From an uncultured Bacteroidales bacterium (GTDB lineage: Bacteria; Bacteroidota; Bacteroidia; Bacteroidales; GCA-2748055): DNA of 64,000 nt. The DNA is taken from assembly GCA_963710385.1 (NCBI GenBank), contig CAVQAB010000018.1, forward strand, positions 31,061 to 95,060, in the 5' to 3' direction. Under the pieces are notes generated by a model. The model was not told the origin of the DNA, ran no database searches, and saw only the letters and a list, made by a program, of their open reading frames with translations. Below, in pieces: positions 50,243 to 61,919 of this stretch (positions are counted from its first letter, which is position 1; the number at the start of each line of letters is the position of its first letter). A program made the translations under genes and the position numbers.

Positions 50243-52032
50243 CTAATCGAGTTTGAGGACCGCCAGGAAAGCGGACTGGGGTACTTCAATATTGCCTACC
50301 TGGCGCATTCTTTTCTTTCCTTTCTTCTGCTTTTCAAGCAATTTTCGTTTTCTGGTAATATCGCCTCCATAACATTTGGCCGTAACATCTTTCCGGACAG
50401 CCTTGACGGTTTCCCTGGCAATGACCTTGGCTCCAATAGCTGCCTGGATGGCTACCTCGTATTGTTGCCGGGGAATCAGTTCCTTTAATTTCACACACAT
50501 CCTGCGTCCAAAATCATAAGCATTATTGCGATGAATCAAAGTGGAAAGGGCATCCACCATCTCCCCATTCAACAGAATATCTAGTTTTACCAGGTCCGCT
50601 TTCTGGTATCCATGGGGATGGTAATCAAATGAGGCATAGCCTTTGGAGATGCTCTTCAGCTTATCATAGAAATCGAATACAATCTCGGCCAGGGGCATTT
50701 CAAAGGTCAGTTCTACCCTGTTGCTGGTCAGGTAGACCTGATTTTTCAGAGTGCCCCGTTTGTCAAGACATAGTTTCATGATGGGACCCACATAGTCGGC
50801 CTTGGAAATCACCTGTGCATATATGTAAGGCTCTTCGATATGGTCAATGGTTGTGGATGCAGGCAATCCAGATGGATTATGCACTTCAATCATCTCATCT
50901 TTTGGTTGACAGCACTTTGAATGATACATTGGGTACCGTGGTGATCACATCCATGTCGAATTCTCGTTCGAGGCGCTCCTGGATGATTTCCATATGAAGC
51001 AATCCCAGAAATCCACAGCGGAATCCAAATCCCAATGCTGCAGAAGACTCAGGGATAAAGGTGAGTGAAGCATCGTTTAGCTGCAACTTTTCAATGGAAT
51101 TCCTAAGATCCTCATAATCATCGGCATCCACGGGATAGATCCCGGCAAAAACCATGGGTTTCACATCTTCGAATCCGGCAATATTTTCAACACAAGGACG
51201 ATCCACATGGGTAATGGTATCCCCCACTTTCACCTCCCTGGAGGTTTTTATCCCGGAAATAATATATCCTACATCACCCGCCGATAACTGGGCTTTGGGT
51301 TCTAGTCCCCAGCTTTAGCACCCCGATTTCATCTGCATGGTACTCTTTTTCAGTAGCCACGAACTTAACCAGTTCACCCTTTCTGATGGTACCATTTATT
51401 ATTCTGAAATAGGCAAAAATACCTCTGTAGGAGTTGAACACTGAATCAAAAATCAGGGCTTGAAGTGGAGCATCCGGATCACCCACCGGGGGTGGAATTC
51501 GTTTGATGATTGCTTCAAGGATCTCATCAACGCCCAGTCCGGTCTTGCCACTGGCCTCAATGATCTCATCCCGCTCACATCCAATCAGATCGACAATCTG
51601 GTCCTTTACATCATCGGGCATGGCACTGTCCATGTCCATCTTGTTCAGCACCGGGATGATCTCCAGGTCGTGATCGATGGCCTGATAAAGATTGGAGATG
51701 GTCTGAGCCTGGATTCCCTGGGTGGCATCCACTATGAGCAGGGCTCCTTCACAGGCAGCAATGGATCTGCTCACTTCATATGAAAAATCCACATGGCCTG
51801 GTGTATCGATCAGGTTCAGGATGTAGTTCTTGCCCTCAAAAATGTGCTCCATCTGGATGGCGTGACTCTTGATGGTTATTCCACGTTCCCGCTCCAGCTC
51901 CATATCGTCAAGTACCTGATCCTGAAAATCCCGTTCATCCAAAGTGCCGGTCCTTATCAATAGCCTGTCGGCCAGGGTGCTTTTCCCATGATCAATGTGA
52001 GCAATGATACAGAAATTACGTAAATGGTCCAT
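50243..52032 (-). CDS. lepA: Elongation factor 4 (frameshifted)
   Basis: [47 protein letters not shown]. Confidence 0.97.
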
Positions 52033-52074
52033 AAGGATGATCCCGGATTTTTCCGAGCACAAAGATAGCAAACT

Positions 52075-52242
52075 CCGGGATATTCATACTGCGTTTATTA
52101 TTTCTCTTCAGGGTATTCAGTTCAGGGCTGAAAATCTTTGTGTCAAAGATTTATAGGCCCCTTACTTGAATTCCCTTTCGAGAAATAGGTGGCGTATGTA
52201 ATGCCCTTCCAAATGGGAATGAGGGACTATTGAATATGCTGG
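52075..52242 (+). other. Long imperfect inverted repeat (rod-like RNA structure or palindromic element)
   Basis: Nested stems 52132-40/52144-52, 52125-29/52156-60, 52111-20/52166-75, 52099-106/52180-87, 52085-89/52194-98 and 52075-86/52231-42. Confidence 0.6.
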
Positions 52243-52255
52243 AATTGGTGAAGTC

Positions 52256-52290
52256 AAAAAAAGAGGCCGTCTCTTGTGAGACAGCCTCTT
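52256..52290 (-). terminator. groEL intrinsic terminator
   Basis: AAGAGGCCGTCTC/GAGACAGCCTCTT stem plus T7 on the minus strand. Confidence 0.88.
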
Positions 52291-52312
52291 GAATTTATGT
52301 ATGTGTGTGTTT

Positions 52313-54249
<1,937 letters not shown>

Positions 54250-54297
54250 TTTTCTTATTATTTATTAGTTCGACATTATCAAAATCGCTATCTCTTT

Positions 54298-54313
54298 ATC
54301 ATAATTTGTGCCA
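54298..54313 (-). promoter_or_regulatory. sigma54-like -24/-12 promoter for groESL
   Basis: Minus strand TGGCACA-AATT-ATGAT versus consensus TGGCACG-N4-TTGCW. Confidence 0.45.
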
Positions 54314-54325
54314 AAGGGCATAATC

Positions 54326-54364
54326 AAAAAAAAAGTGTCAGTAATATGACATACTGACACTTTT
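54326..54364 (-). terminator. Perfect 13-bp inverted repeat: secG terminator and/or operator
   Basis: AAAAGTGTCAGTA-8nt-TACTGACACTTTT with T9 on the minus strand. Confidence 0.65.
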
Positions 54365-54389
54365 CTATAATATATATTTTCGTGTTTGT

Positions 54390-54737
54390 TTATTCCTCAC
54401 CGCCTTCATCAGGCTCTGTACCAAAGGATTCGGGCAGATCAATGGTCTGAGATGGCTGATCCATGATGGTCTCATCAAACTGTCCCTGTAGACGCGAATT
54501 GTCAGCTTCACCAGCTTTGGGAACGGTAATCCCGGCCAGAAGGCTGAACAGAATCAGTGCAGCACCAAGGGTCCATGTGGCTTTCTCAAGAAAATCAGCA
54601 GTCTTGCGAACTCCCATGTACTGATTGGATGATGAAAAGTTCGATGCCAGACCACCACCTTTTGAATTCTGAACAAGTACAATTAAAATGGTAAAGATGC
54701 ATGTGACAACAATCAGTACCGTAAAAACAACAAACAT
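54390..54737 (-). CDS. secG: Preprotein translocase subunit SecG
   Basis: VLVQNSKGGGL...LEKATW. Confidence 0.95.
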   Translation of the reverse strand: MFVVFTVLIVVTCIFTILIVLVQNSKGGGLASNFSSSNQYMGVRKTADFLEKATWTLGAALILFSLLAGITVPKAGEADNSRLQGQFDETIMDQPSQTIDLPESFGTEPDEGGEE

Positions 54738-54749
54738 TTTATTACCTCT

Positions 54750-55587
54750 TTATGAATGGTTTATATTCTTTATTTTCTCAATTTGCGCTGCAAAGTAAGC
54801 ACTTTTTTCCGGATATTTCAAACTTAATTTCTCGTAGGCATAGATGGCTTTTGCATACAATCCCTGCTTCACATAGATCTTGTGCCAGGGTATCGGTAAT
54901 GAAGCCATCATGCTCCCTGATGGAAGCGAGCGATACATCACCCTTGAGTCTGTCTTCTTATCTGCCCGAATTGGTCCCGGTTCTTCCTGATGAAATGGGT
55001 AATCAGCTTGCGATGATCACCAGTTCCAGCTCCGGTTCTATTTCATCCATGATGGGAACCTCCGATTCTTCCTGGATCGGGCTCTTCCATATCAGTTTCG
55101 TCCTTGACAGCCTGAAATCAGGGTTTCGGAGGAAAACTCTCTCGGATAAAGCCGATTCCTGATCTGCATCCGATATGACATCCTCTGAATCAGTCTCCTC
55201 ATCAAGTTCCAGCAGATCTTCGCTGGTTCAGGAGCAGCATAAGGAGCATGCTGTTCAATGATTACATCGGCCTGCTGATGAGGTTCATCTGAGAACTGAA
55301 TGCCATCCCGGTTCCTCGGGGATAATCTCCTCTTCCGGTTCTGGGATACTTGAGGTTGACTACCTCTGTAACCAGCTGGTACAAGCTTTCTTCGGTCACT
55401 TGAATAGACCGCAGCAAGCTTCAGGTCAGCTTCTTTATCATGACCAAGCGCTTCTTTGATCCGTGACCTTCAGCATATGGGCCAGATTGAACATGGGATA
55501 GTTTCTGCACAGGTCATTCACTTCCTCCAGGTCGGCAGGAGAGTAGTGGTCGGTATTAAGCAGTCGGATGAAATCTGAAGGATCCAT
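54750..55587 (-). CDS. Conserved hypothetical protein with C-terminal TPR-like helix (many indels)
   Basis: Starts MDPSDFIRLL...RNYPMFNLAHML, ends IYVKQGLYAKAIYAYEKLSLKYPEKSAYFA; usual gene between lptE and secG. Confidence 0.7.
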
Positions 55588-55598
55588 AGATTATAATG

Positions 55599-56174
55599 TT
55601 ACCAGGATACAAATGCCCTGTTAAAGATATCCTCAATCAGGTTCTCAACAATGAGTTCAATAAGTTCGTTTTCAACGTCTGTCAGGTTTTGTGAAGCATC
55701 ATAATCCTCATACCTGGAGAAACTTGTATCATAATCGAGATCAGGTTCAATCTGAGTTGGTATATTTAACCCGGACTGTAATGGTGAGCCTGTTGCGGGC
55801 AGCGGTTTCCTGTCCTGTAATGGCTGTGGGCCTGGTCTCATAACCAGTGATTTCACCGGAAAAACTGCACATCTCCTCCATCTGGTGGACAGGTTCAGGC
55901 TTGTGTTTCCCTGGATCTTATCCATCAGGGCATCGGTAAACAACTGGCTCAGTTGAGCCTGAACAATGGGAGCCCGTTTGGGAAATAATCCACCGAATAG
56001 GTCTGAACTTCCGGGGAAATATTTACCCCGCTGAAGGAATAGGTCACCTTGCACTGCGGTAAAAATACGACAACAGCCAGCACAAGATCATGTTGAAAGC
56101 CAGTGGCAGGCTCCTGTGACGAGATACGAATCGCGCTGGGCTGAAGCTTGCCGGTATGTTATGAGCTCGTTCAT
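55599..56174 (-). CDS. lptE: LptE family lipoprotein (frameshifted; start approximate)
   Basis: Pieces C-KVTYSFSGVNI, RAPIVQAQLSQLFTDAL and LIEDIFNRAFVSW. Confidence 0.75.
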
Positions 56175-56176
56175 GG

Positions 56177-57431
56177 CTACTGTTCAATGTTGTATTCTTT
56201 AATCTTTCTGTATAAGGTCCTTTCTGAGATTCCGAGGTCCAGCGCAGCATATTTTCTTTTCCCATTGTGCTTCTCCAGGGCTTTAATAATCAGCTCGATC
56301 TCTTTGTCTTCAAGGGAAAGTGACTCCTCGACGATCTCTTCTGTATCCGTGATATGCTCCTCATCCCTGCTCTTTTTGGATGTGCATCTGGTGTGCAATC
56401 AGGTTTTCAGCTTCGGTAGGGCAGGTCATCAACCGTGGAATAGAGCTTTTTAATGATCCCTTCATTTTCCTGCTCAATATCGGAACTTACAGATCCCTTC
56501 TCCATGATCTGTGCCACCAGTTTTTTCAGATCATTCATGTCACTTTTCATATCGAACAACACCTTATAAAGAATCTCCCTTTCTGAATTGAAAGCCTCCT
56601 CACTTACCTTTTCCTTGCTGATCAGGGCAGGTAAACTGGTTTTATTGATAATCAGGCAGGTAATGCATCAGTGACGGAAGCATGATACCTCCCTTTCCTG
56701 CTCAATGATGGAAAGCTGTTCGGTTACATTTTTCAGCTGTCGGACATTACCCGGCCATTCATAATTCAGCAATACCTGCCGGGCTTCCTCTTCAAGCCTG
56801 ATGGCAGGCATTCGGTACCGTTCTGAAAAGTCGGCATGCAAATTTCCTGAACAACAGCAGAATATCATTTCCCCGTTCTCTCAGTGAGGGAATCTGAATG
56901 GGAACCGTATTCAGTCTGTAGAAACAGATCTTCTCTGAATTTCCCTTTCCTGATGGCCTGAGAAATATCCAGGTTGGTGGCAGCAACTACCCTGACATCT
57001 GTTTTCAATACTTTGGAGGAGCCCACCCTGATAAACTCTCCGGTTTCAAGTACCCTTAGTAGCCTTACCTGTGTGGAGAGTGGTAATTCAGCCACTTCAT
57101 CCAGGAATATAGTACCTCCGTTGACCACCTCAAAATAACCTTTCCTGGTATCGTGGGCACCTGTAAAGGCTCCTTTTTCATGTCCAAACAGTTCAGAATC
57201 TATGGTACCTTCGGGAATCGCCCCGCAGTTCACAGCAATGTACGGACCATGCTTCCTGCCACCAAGGGCGTGAATAATTTGAGGGAATGCTTCTTTTCCA
57301 GTTCCACTTTCACCGCTGATTAATACACTCAGATCGGTGGGTGCCACCTGCCTGGCTATATCAATGGCCCGATCAAGACCCGGGAAGGTCCCGATAATTC
57401 CAAACCGTTGTTTTATTTGTTGAATCTCCAT
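56177..57431 (-). CDS. sigma54-interacting Fis-family regulator without sensory domain (frameshifted)
   Basis: MEIQQIKQRFGIIG start, GESGTGKE, GAFTGA, FLDEV, WPGNVRQL, HTH AALDLGISERTLYRK. Confidence 0.9.
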
Positions 57432-57532
57432 GGTACTCTCTGACAAAATAACCTGAAAGTATGACAAAATTACAATTTTAGGCGGATTCAAAAAGATTTC
57501 TCCACATTGTTTCCTATTTTTGAAAAAAAAAA

Positions 57533-58280
57533 GTGACTCAAATCCTGGGTATTATTCCTGCAAGGTATGCATCCACCCGATTTCCCGGAAAACCTCTGGC
57601 ATTGCTGCACAACAAACCTATGATCCGCTGGGTATATGAAAGTGTCCAACCCGTATTCTCGCATCTGGTGGTGGCCACAGATGATGATCGCATCTACAAA
57701 ACTGTTATGGATTTTGGCGGACGTGCAGTGATGACCTCTCCAGATCATCAAAGTGGAACAGAAAGGTGTGCAGAGGCGTATTCACTTTATCAGGACCAGT
57801 CAGGTGAAAAATTCAGCCATGTAGTGAATATTCAGGGAGATGAGCCTTTGATTAAAACAGAACAACTGACAACGCTGCTGGATTGCGTTCAGGTTCCAGG
57901 AACAGGGATAGCCACACTAATCCAATCCCTTCAGGATCAGGATGAACTTGTGAATCCTAATGTAGTGAAAGTGGTTGTGGACAAATCATTCAAAGCCCTC
58001 TATTTTTCAAGGAGCCCCATCCCCCACATGAGGGATTTTCCACCCGGGCAATGGAGTGAAAAACATACCTATTATTCACACATCGGATTGTATGCATTTC
58101 GTTCTGATGTGCTGGAGGAAGGTGGTTAAGCTACCTCCTGCTTCACTGGAGCAGGCCGAATCGCTTGAACAGTTGCGGTGGATGGAGCACGGGATCCCGA
58201 TCCAAACCAGGATCACTACTATTCCGTCACTGAGTGTGGATACTCCCGAAGACCTAAAGAAAATCAGTTCACAAGTCTGA
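57533..58280 (+). CDS. kdsB: 3-deoxy-manno-octulosonate cytidylyltransferase (one frameshift)
   Basis: IIPARYASTRFPGKPL, SGTER, NIQGDEP, LEQLR, VDTPEDL. Confidence 0.95.
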
Positions 58281-58284
58281 AGTC

Positions 58285-60735
58285 CTATTCATAGTGAAGT
58301 GTTTGAGCCGGATTGGCCTTTGCTGCACGGTATGAAAGGTAAGAGACCGTCAGCAATGAAATAAAAATGGCAACCCCTGCCGCCGCTATATATATCCAGG
58401 GTGTAAATCCGATATTAAAAGGAAAATCCTGCAACCAGTTCTGCATAAAAAAATAGGCCGCAATCCACGCCAATAATACAGATACACCCATGAGAGCCAT
58501 AATTTCACGAGAAACCACAACGATGACTTCACTTATGCTGGCACCCATGGCTTTTCGGATACCAATTTCACGGGTCTTGCGGTGCGTATTGTGCAGGGTT
58601 AATCCAAAGAGCCCAAGACAGGCAATGAGTGTGGCAAGAATGGCAAACATCATTGATAGCCTGCCTGTTCTTTGTTCCTCCTTATAATAATTGTCAAGCT
58701 CTTCATCCAGAAAAAAGAACTGGAAGGGTGCTTCATTGGTCATATCCATCCAGATTTCCCTGATCCTGTTAAGAGTAATAGGAACACCTTTACCTGCCAC
58801 TCCCAGCCTGATGGTAACATAGCCGGGCCATTCAAGATTTTCCGGTTTTAACCTGAACATATATGGGCCAATGGGCTCCCGTAAAGAGCTGTGATGAAAA
58901 TCTTCGACAATTCCTATGATTCTTAACTGATTGGTGTCTCCTTTTTGGGTGGGTTCGAGGATCACTGCGTTAAAGGGATCTTCAATACCATAAGTCTCTA
59001 TCGCAGCTCGGTTCAGAAGGATAGCCGAACTATCCGTAGAAAACTGATAATCAAAAAAACGGCTTTCTTCATTGGCCATTTTAAAACCATAGGTTTTCAT
59101 AAATTCATGATCCACATAGTTGGTGGCAAACATATAATTCTTTGAAGCTTCTCGTCCCTTGATCTGGTAAGTCTCGGTTTTATTATCGAATCCCAGATAT
59201 GTAGTTGAATTTGAGGCAGAAGCCACTCCGGGTATCTTTTCGATCTCCCTGCAAAAGGTTTGTATGCTTTGATTCAGCGGAAGGATCCGCTTCAAGACAA
59301 CCAGCTGTTCATTTTCAAATCCAAGGTTCTTCTGAAGCAAATACCTCAGTTGATTTGATACCACCAGTGTTCCAACTATGATGGCAACAGAAATGGTAAA
59401 CTGGAAAATGACCATAATTTTCCTAAAATAACTGGCCCTCCTTAATCCTTGAAAGTCACCCTTAATCCCCTCCACGGGTTTGAACCTGGCGAGGAACATG
59501 GCCGGATAGGCTCCGCTAAGAAGCCCTACAATCAAGGCAAGTGCGATAACAATTGGCAACATGTAGTTGTGTTGTGCCGTCCCCATCCTCAGATCAAGAT
59601 CCATGGTCCGGTTAAACCAGGGCAGAGATAACTCCACCAAAATCAAAGCAAAAGCAAGTGCAATCAAACTTAGAATGACCGATTCGGTTAAAAACTGTTG
59701 TATCAGCATCTTTCGGTTTGATCCTGCCACCTTTCTAAGTCCGATCTCTCTCGCTCTAATGGAAGAACTGGCGGTGGAAAGGTTCATGAAATTGATGGAG
59801 GCGATAATCAGGATAAAGAACGCCACAAGGGCAAAAATACGTATGTAGAGGCTGTCATTTACAGGTCGAAAACAGATTTCCAATCCCACTTCAATGTCGG
59901 GTTGCAGGTGAATATCAGTAAGAGGCTGAAGAAATACCCCGTATCGGTTCCCCCCCGCTTTCCACTCTTCAAGGCTGACACCCAGAATGGATTCAAGTTC
60001 CCTGCGGATATGTTTATTCATCACAACAGCCATTTTCTTCTCCACCTGTTTCCAATCGGCTCCAGGGGATAGTAGAACGTAGCTGAACAAAGAGGTCTGG
60101 AACCAGGTTTCACTCTGGTATTGATCAAATTTCGACATGGATCCGATAAAATCAGCGAAAAAATGTGAATTCTCCGGTAGAGCTTCAATAACCCCTGTAA
60201 CCACGTAATAGTTGCTGTCCCGGTTCACGCTGAGGGGCAGTCCCATAGGATCCCTCTCTCCGAAATAGAGTCTGGCCTTCTCCTCCGTAATTACAATGGA
60301 GTTGGATCTGGACAAGGCAGTGGAAGGATCACCTTTAATAAAATTGATGGTGAAAATGTCGAAGATGGAGGAATCTGCGAAGAGGAAATGATCTTCTATA
60401 TGTTTTTCCCCGTCATACCAGATCAATCGCTGGTTGAATACATCAAATCGCACAAAATTTTCGATTTCAGGAATCTCCTCTGTGAAAGTGGGGGCCATGA
60501 TCATGGAGGTCCATGCTCCTCTGAATTCCTGATCACCCATCACCCCATCAATATAGAGCCTGTGAATACGGTCGCTGTTCTCATTGAACCGGTCAAAACT
60601 CAACTCCTTGAGTATAAACAGAAGGATCAGTATAGAACTGGCCAGACCAATGGCCAATCCTGAAATATTGATCAGGGTGAAAACCTTGTTCTTACTGATA
60701 TTTCTAAGTGCTACAGTAAAGAAATTCCTCCACAT
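58285..60735 (-). CDS. MacB/FtsX-like ABC transporter permease (duplicated architecture)
   Basis: INISGLAIG, INFMNLSTA..RAREIGLRK, second REIGIRKAMGA; start moved to MWRNFF. Confidence 0.92.
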   Translation of the reverse strand: MWRNFFTVALRNISKNKVFTLINISGLAIGLASSILILLFILKELSFDRFNENSDRIHRLYIDGVMGDQEFRGAWTSMIMAPTFTEEIPEIENFVRFDVFNQRLIWYDGEKHIEDHFLFADSSIFDIFTINFIKGDPSTALSRSNSIVITEEKARLYFGERDPMGLPLSVNRDSNYYVVTGVIEALPENSHFFADFIGSMSKFDQYQSETWFQTSLFSYVLLSPGADWKQVEKKMAVVMNKHIRRELESILGVSLEEWKAGGNRYGVFLQPLTDIHLQPDIEVGLEICFRPVNDSLYIRIFALVAFFILIIASINFMNLSTASSSIRAREIGLRKVAGSNRKMLIQQFLTESVILSLIALAFALILVELSLPWFNRTMDLDLRMGTAQHNYMLPIVIALALIVGLLSGAYPAMFLARFKPVEGIKGDFQGLRRASYFRKIMVIFQFTISVAIIVGTLVVSNQLRYLLQKNLGFENEQLVVLKRILPLNQSIQTFCREIEKIPGVASASNSTTYLGFDNKTETYQIKGREASKNYMFATNYVDHEFMKTYGFKMANEESRFFDYQFSTDSSAILLNRAAIETYGIEDPFNAVILEPTQKGDTNQLRIIGIVEDFHHSSLREPIGPYMFRLKPENLEWPGYVTIRLGVAGKGVPITLNRIREIWMDMTNEAPFQFFFLDEELDNYYKEEQRTGRLSMMFAILATLIACLGLFGLTLHNTHRKTREIGIRKAMGASISEVIVVVSREIMALMGVSVLLAWIAAYFFMQNWLQDFPFNIGFTPWIYIAAAGVAIFISLLTVSYLSYRAAKANPAQTLHYE

Positions 60736-60758
60736 GTCACAGCTGTTGACAATGTAAA

Positions 60759-60774
60759 AACAGTTTTCGTGCCA
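60759..60774 (-). promoter_or_regulatory. sigma54-like promoter of the ABC permease
   Basis: Minus strand TGGCACG-AAAA-CTGTT, perfect -24 element, 24 bp upstream of the ATG. Confidence 0.55.
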
Positions 60775-60840
60775 CAATGTTTAAGGAACTGTAGTTAAAA
60801 TGGTTGATCATTTTTCATGAAAAGTCTTCATGTGGAAAAG

Positions 60841-60877
60841 TGTTCGAAATCGAACCTGATATGCCCGAAATGGAACA
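60841..60877. promoter_or_regulatory. Two palindromic enhancer-like sites spaced 21 bp
   Basis: TGTTCG-AAAT-CGAACC (60841) and TGCCCG-AAAT-GGAACA (60862). Confidence 0.5.
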
Positions 60878-60885
60878 TTCGGCAA

Positions 60886-61398
60886 TTAAATATCGAAATG
60901 AACCCTGAAGGTATAGAGGGAATAGCCCATTGATAGATTCTTAAAGTCATACTCCAACTTATTCCCTGCTGTTTTGGCCATTTCGATAAATCCCAGACCA
61001 GCTCCACCTTTGGCCGTAAATTCGCCATTGGTAATGGTATTTCTGTAGAGTTCCTTTAACTCCTCCTTATTTCGCTTATTCACAGCGTCAATCCTGGCCC
61101 GAAGGGGATTCACCTCTTCATTTTTCACCGGATTCCTTGTAACCAACTCAATGTTAGAGGAGTTCCGGCTAATTTGGCAGGAGGGACAGAATCCTGACCT
61201 CTTTTCCCCATTGCAATGAACCTGATCACTGTACTTTGTGATGTTCTCAAGGGCCTCGATCATGATAGAAATCATTTTCTTATAGGTCTTGAAGGAAAGT
61301 TCATGATCCTGTGCAGCCATTTTAAATTCCGACAGCAACCAATCGATGGTACTGAAAGAAAGTGGACCCTGATAGGACAGGATTGACTTACTCAACAT
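60886..61398 (-). CDS. SiaB-family protein kinase (DUF6272-like)
   Basis: LSYQGPLS, IMIEALENITKY, GGAGLGFIEMAK..GNKLEYDF. Confidence 0.8.
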   Translation of the reverse strand: MLSKSILSYQGPLSFSTIDWLLSEFKMAAQDHELSFKTYKKMISIMIEALENITKYSDQVHCNGEKRSGFCPSCQISRNSSNIELVTRNPVKNEEVNPLRARIDAVNKRNKEELKELYRNTITNGEFTAKGGAGLGFIEMAKTAGNKLEYDFKNLSMGYSLYTFRVHFDI

Positions 61399-61423
61399 TG
61401 CGTATCAGGTTAGATATCGAAAT

Positions 61424-61912
61424 TTAAGAAAAACTAATTAAAGATTCATCGTTGTTATCCACATACCCTGAATCCTCCAAAAGCTCGGTTTGGTGACTGG
61501 CCTCAACGGCCAGTTGATCGCACCGTTCATTCTCAGGAATACTGGCATGTCCCTTTACCCAGACAAAGGTGACGGTATATTTCCTGTATAACTCCAGGAA
61601 CTGCTGCCAGAGATCCACATTCTTCTTTTTCTTAAATCGTTTCACCTCCCAGTTAAATACCCATCCCTTGTTCACAGCATCGGAAACGTACCGGGAATCA
61701 GTATAGACTTTCACCTTTAGATCGCCACGTCTTAGTGATTCCAATCCCCTGATCACAGCAAGCAGCTCCATCCGGTTGTTGGTGGTTAATTTGTAACCTT
61801 CTGAGAGCTCCTTTCTGTGCTTCCCGTAGATCATCACCACACCCAGTCCACCCGGACCAGGATTTCCCCTGGCAGCTCCGTCTGTATAGATGACTATTTC
61901 TCCTGGGGACAT
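61424..61912 (-). CDS. rnhA: Ribonuclease HI
   Basis: YTDGAARGNPGPGG, TTNNRMEL, TDSRY, WVKGH, NERCDQLA. Confidence 0.97.
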   Translation of the reverse strand: MSPGEIVIYTDGAARGNPGPGGLGVVMIYGKHRKELSEGYKLTTNNRMELLAVIRGLESLRRGDLKVKVYTDSRYVSDAVNKGWVFNWEVKRFKKKKNVDLWQQFLELYRKYTVTFVWVKGHASIPENERCDQLAVEASHQTELLEDSGYVDNNDESLISFS

Positions 61913-61919
61913 GGTTGCA

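Noticed and set aside
61455-61463. Second perfect DnaA box TTATCCACA
   Set aside because: Isolated and inside the rnhA coding sequence; expected by chance
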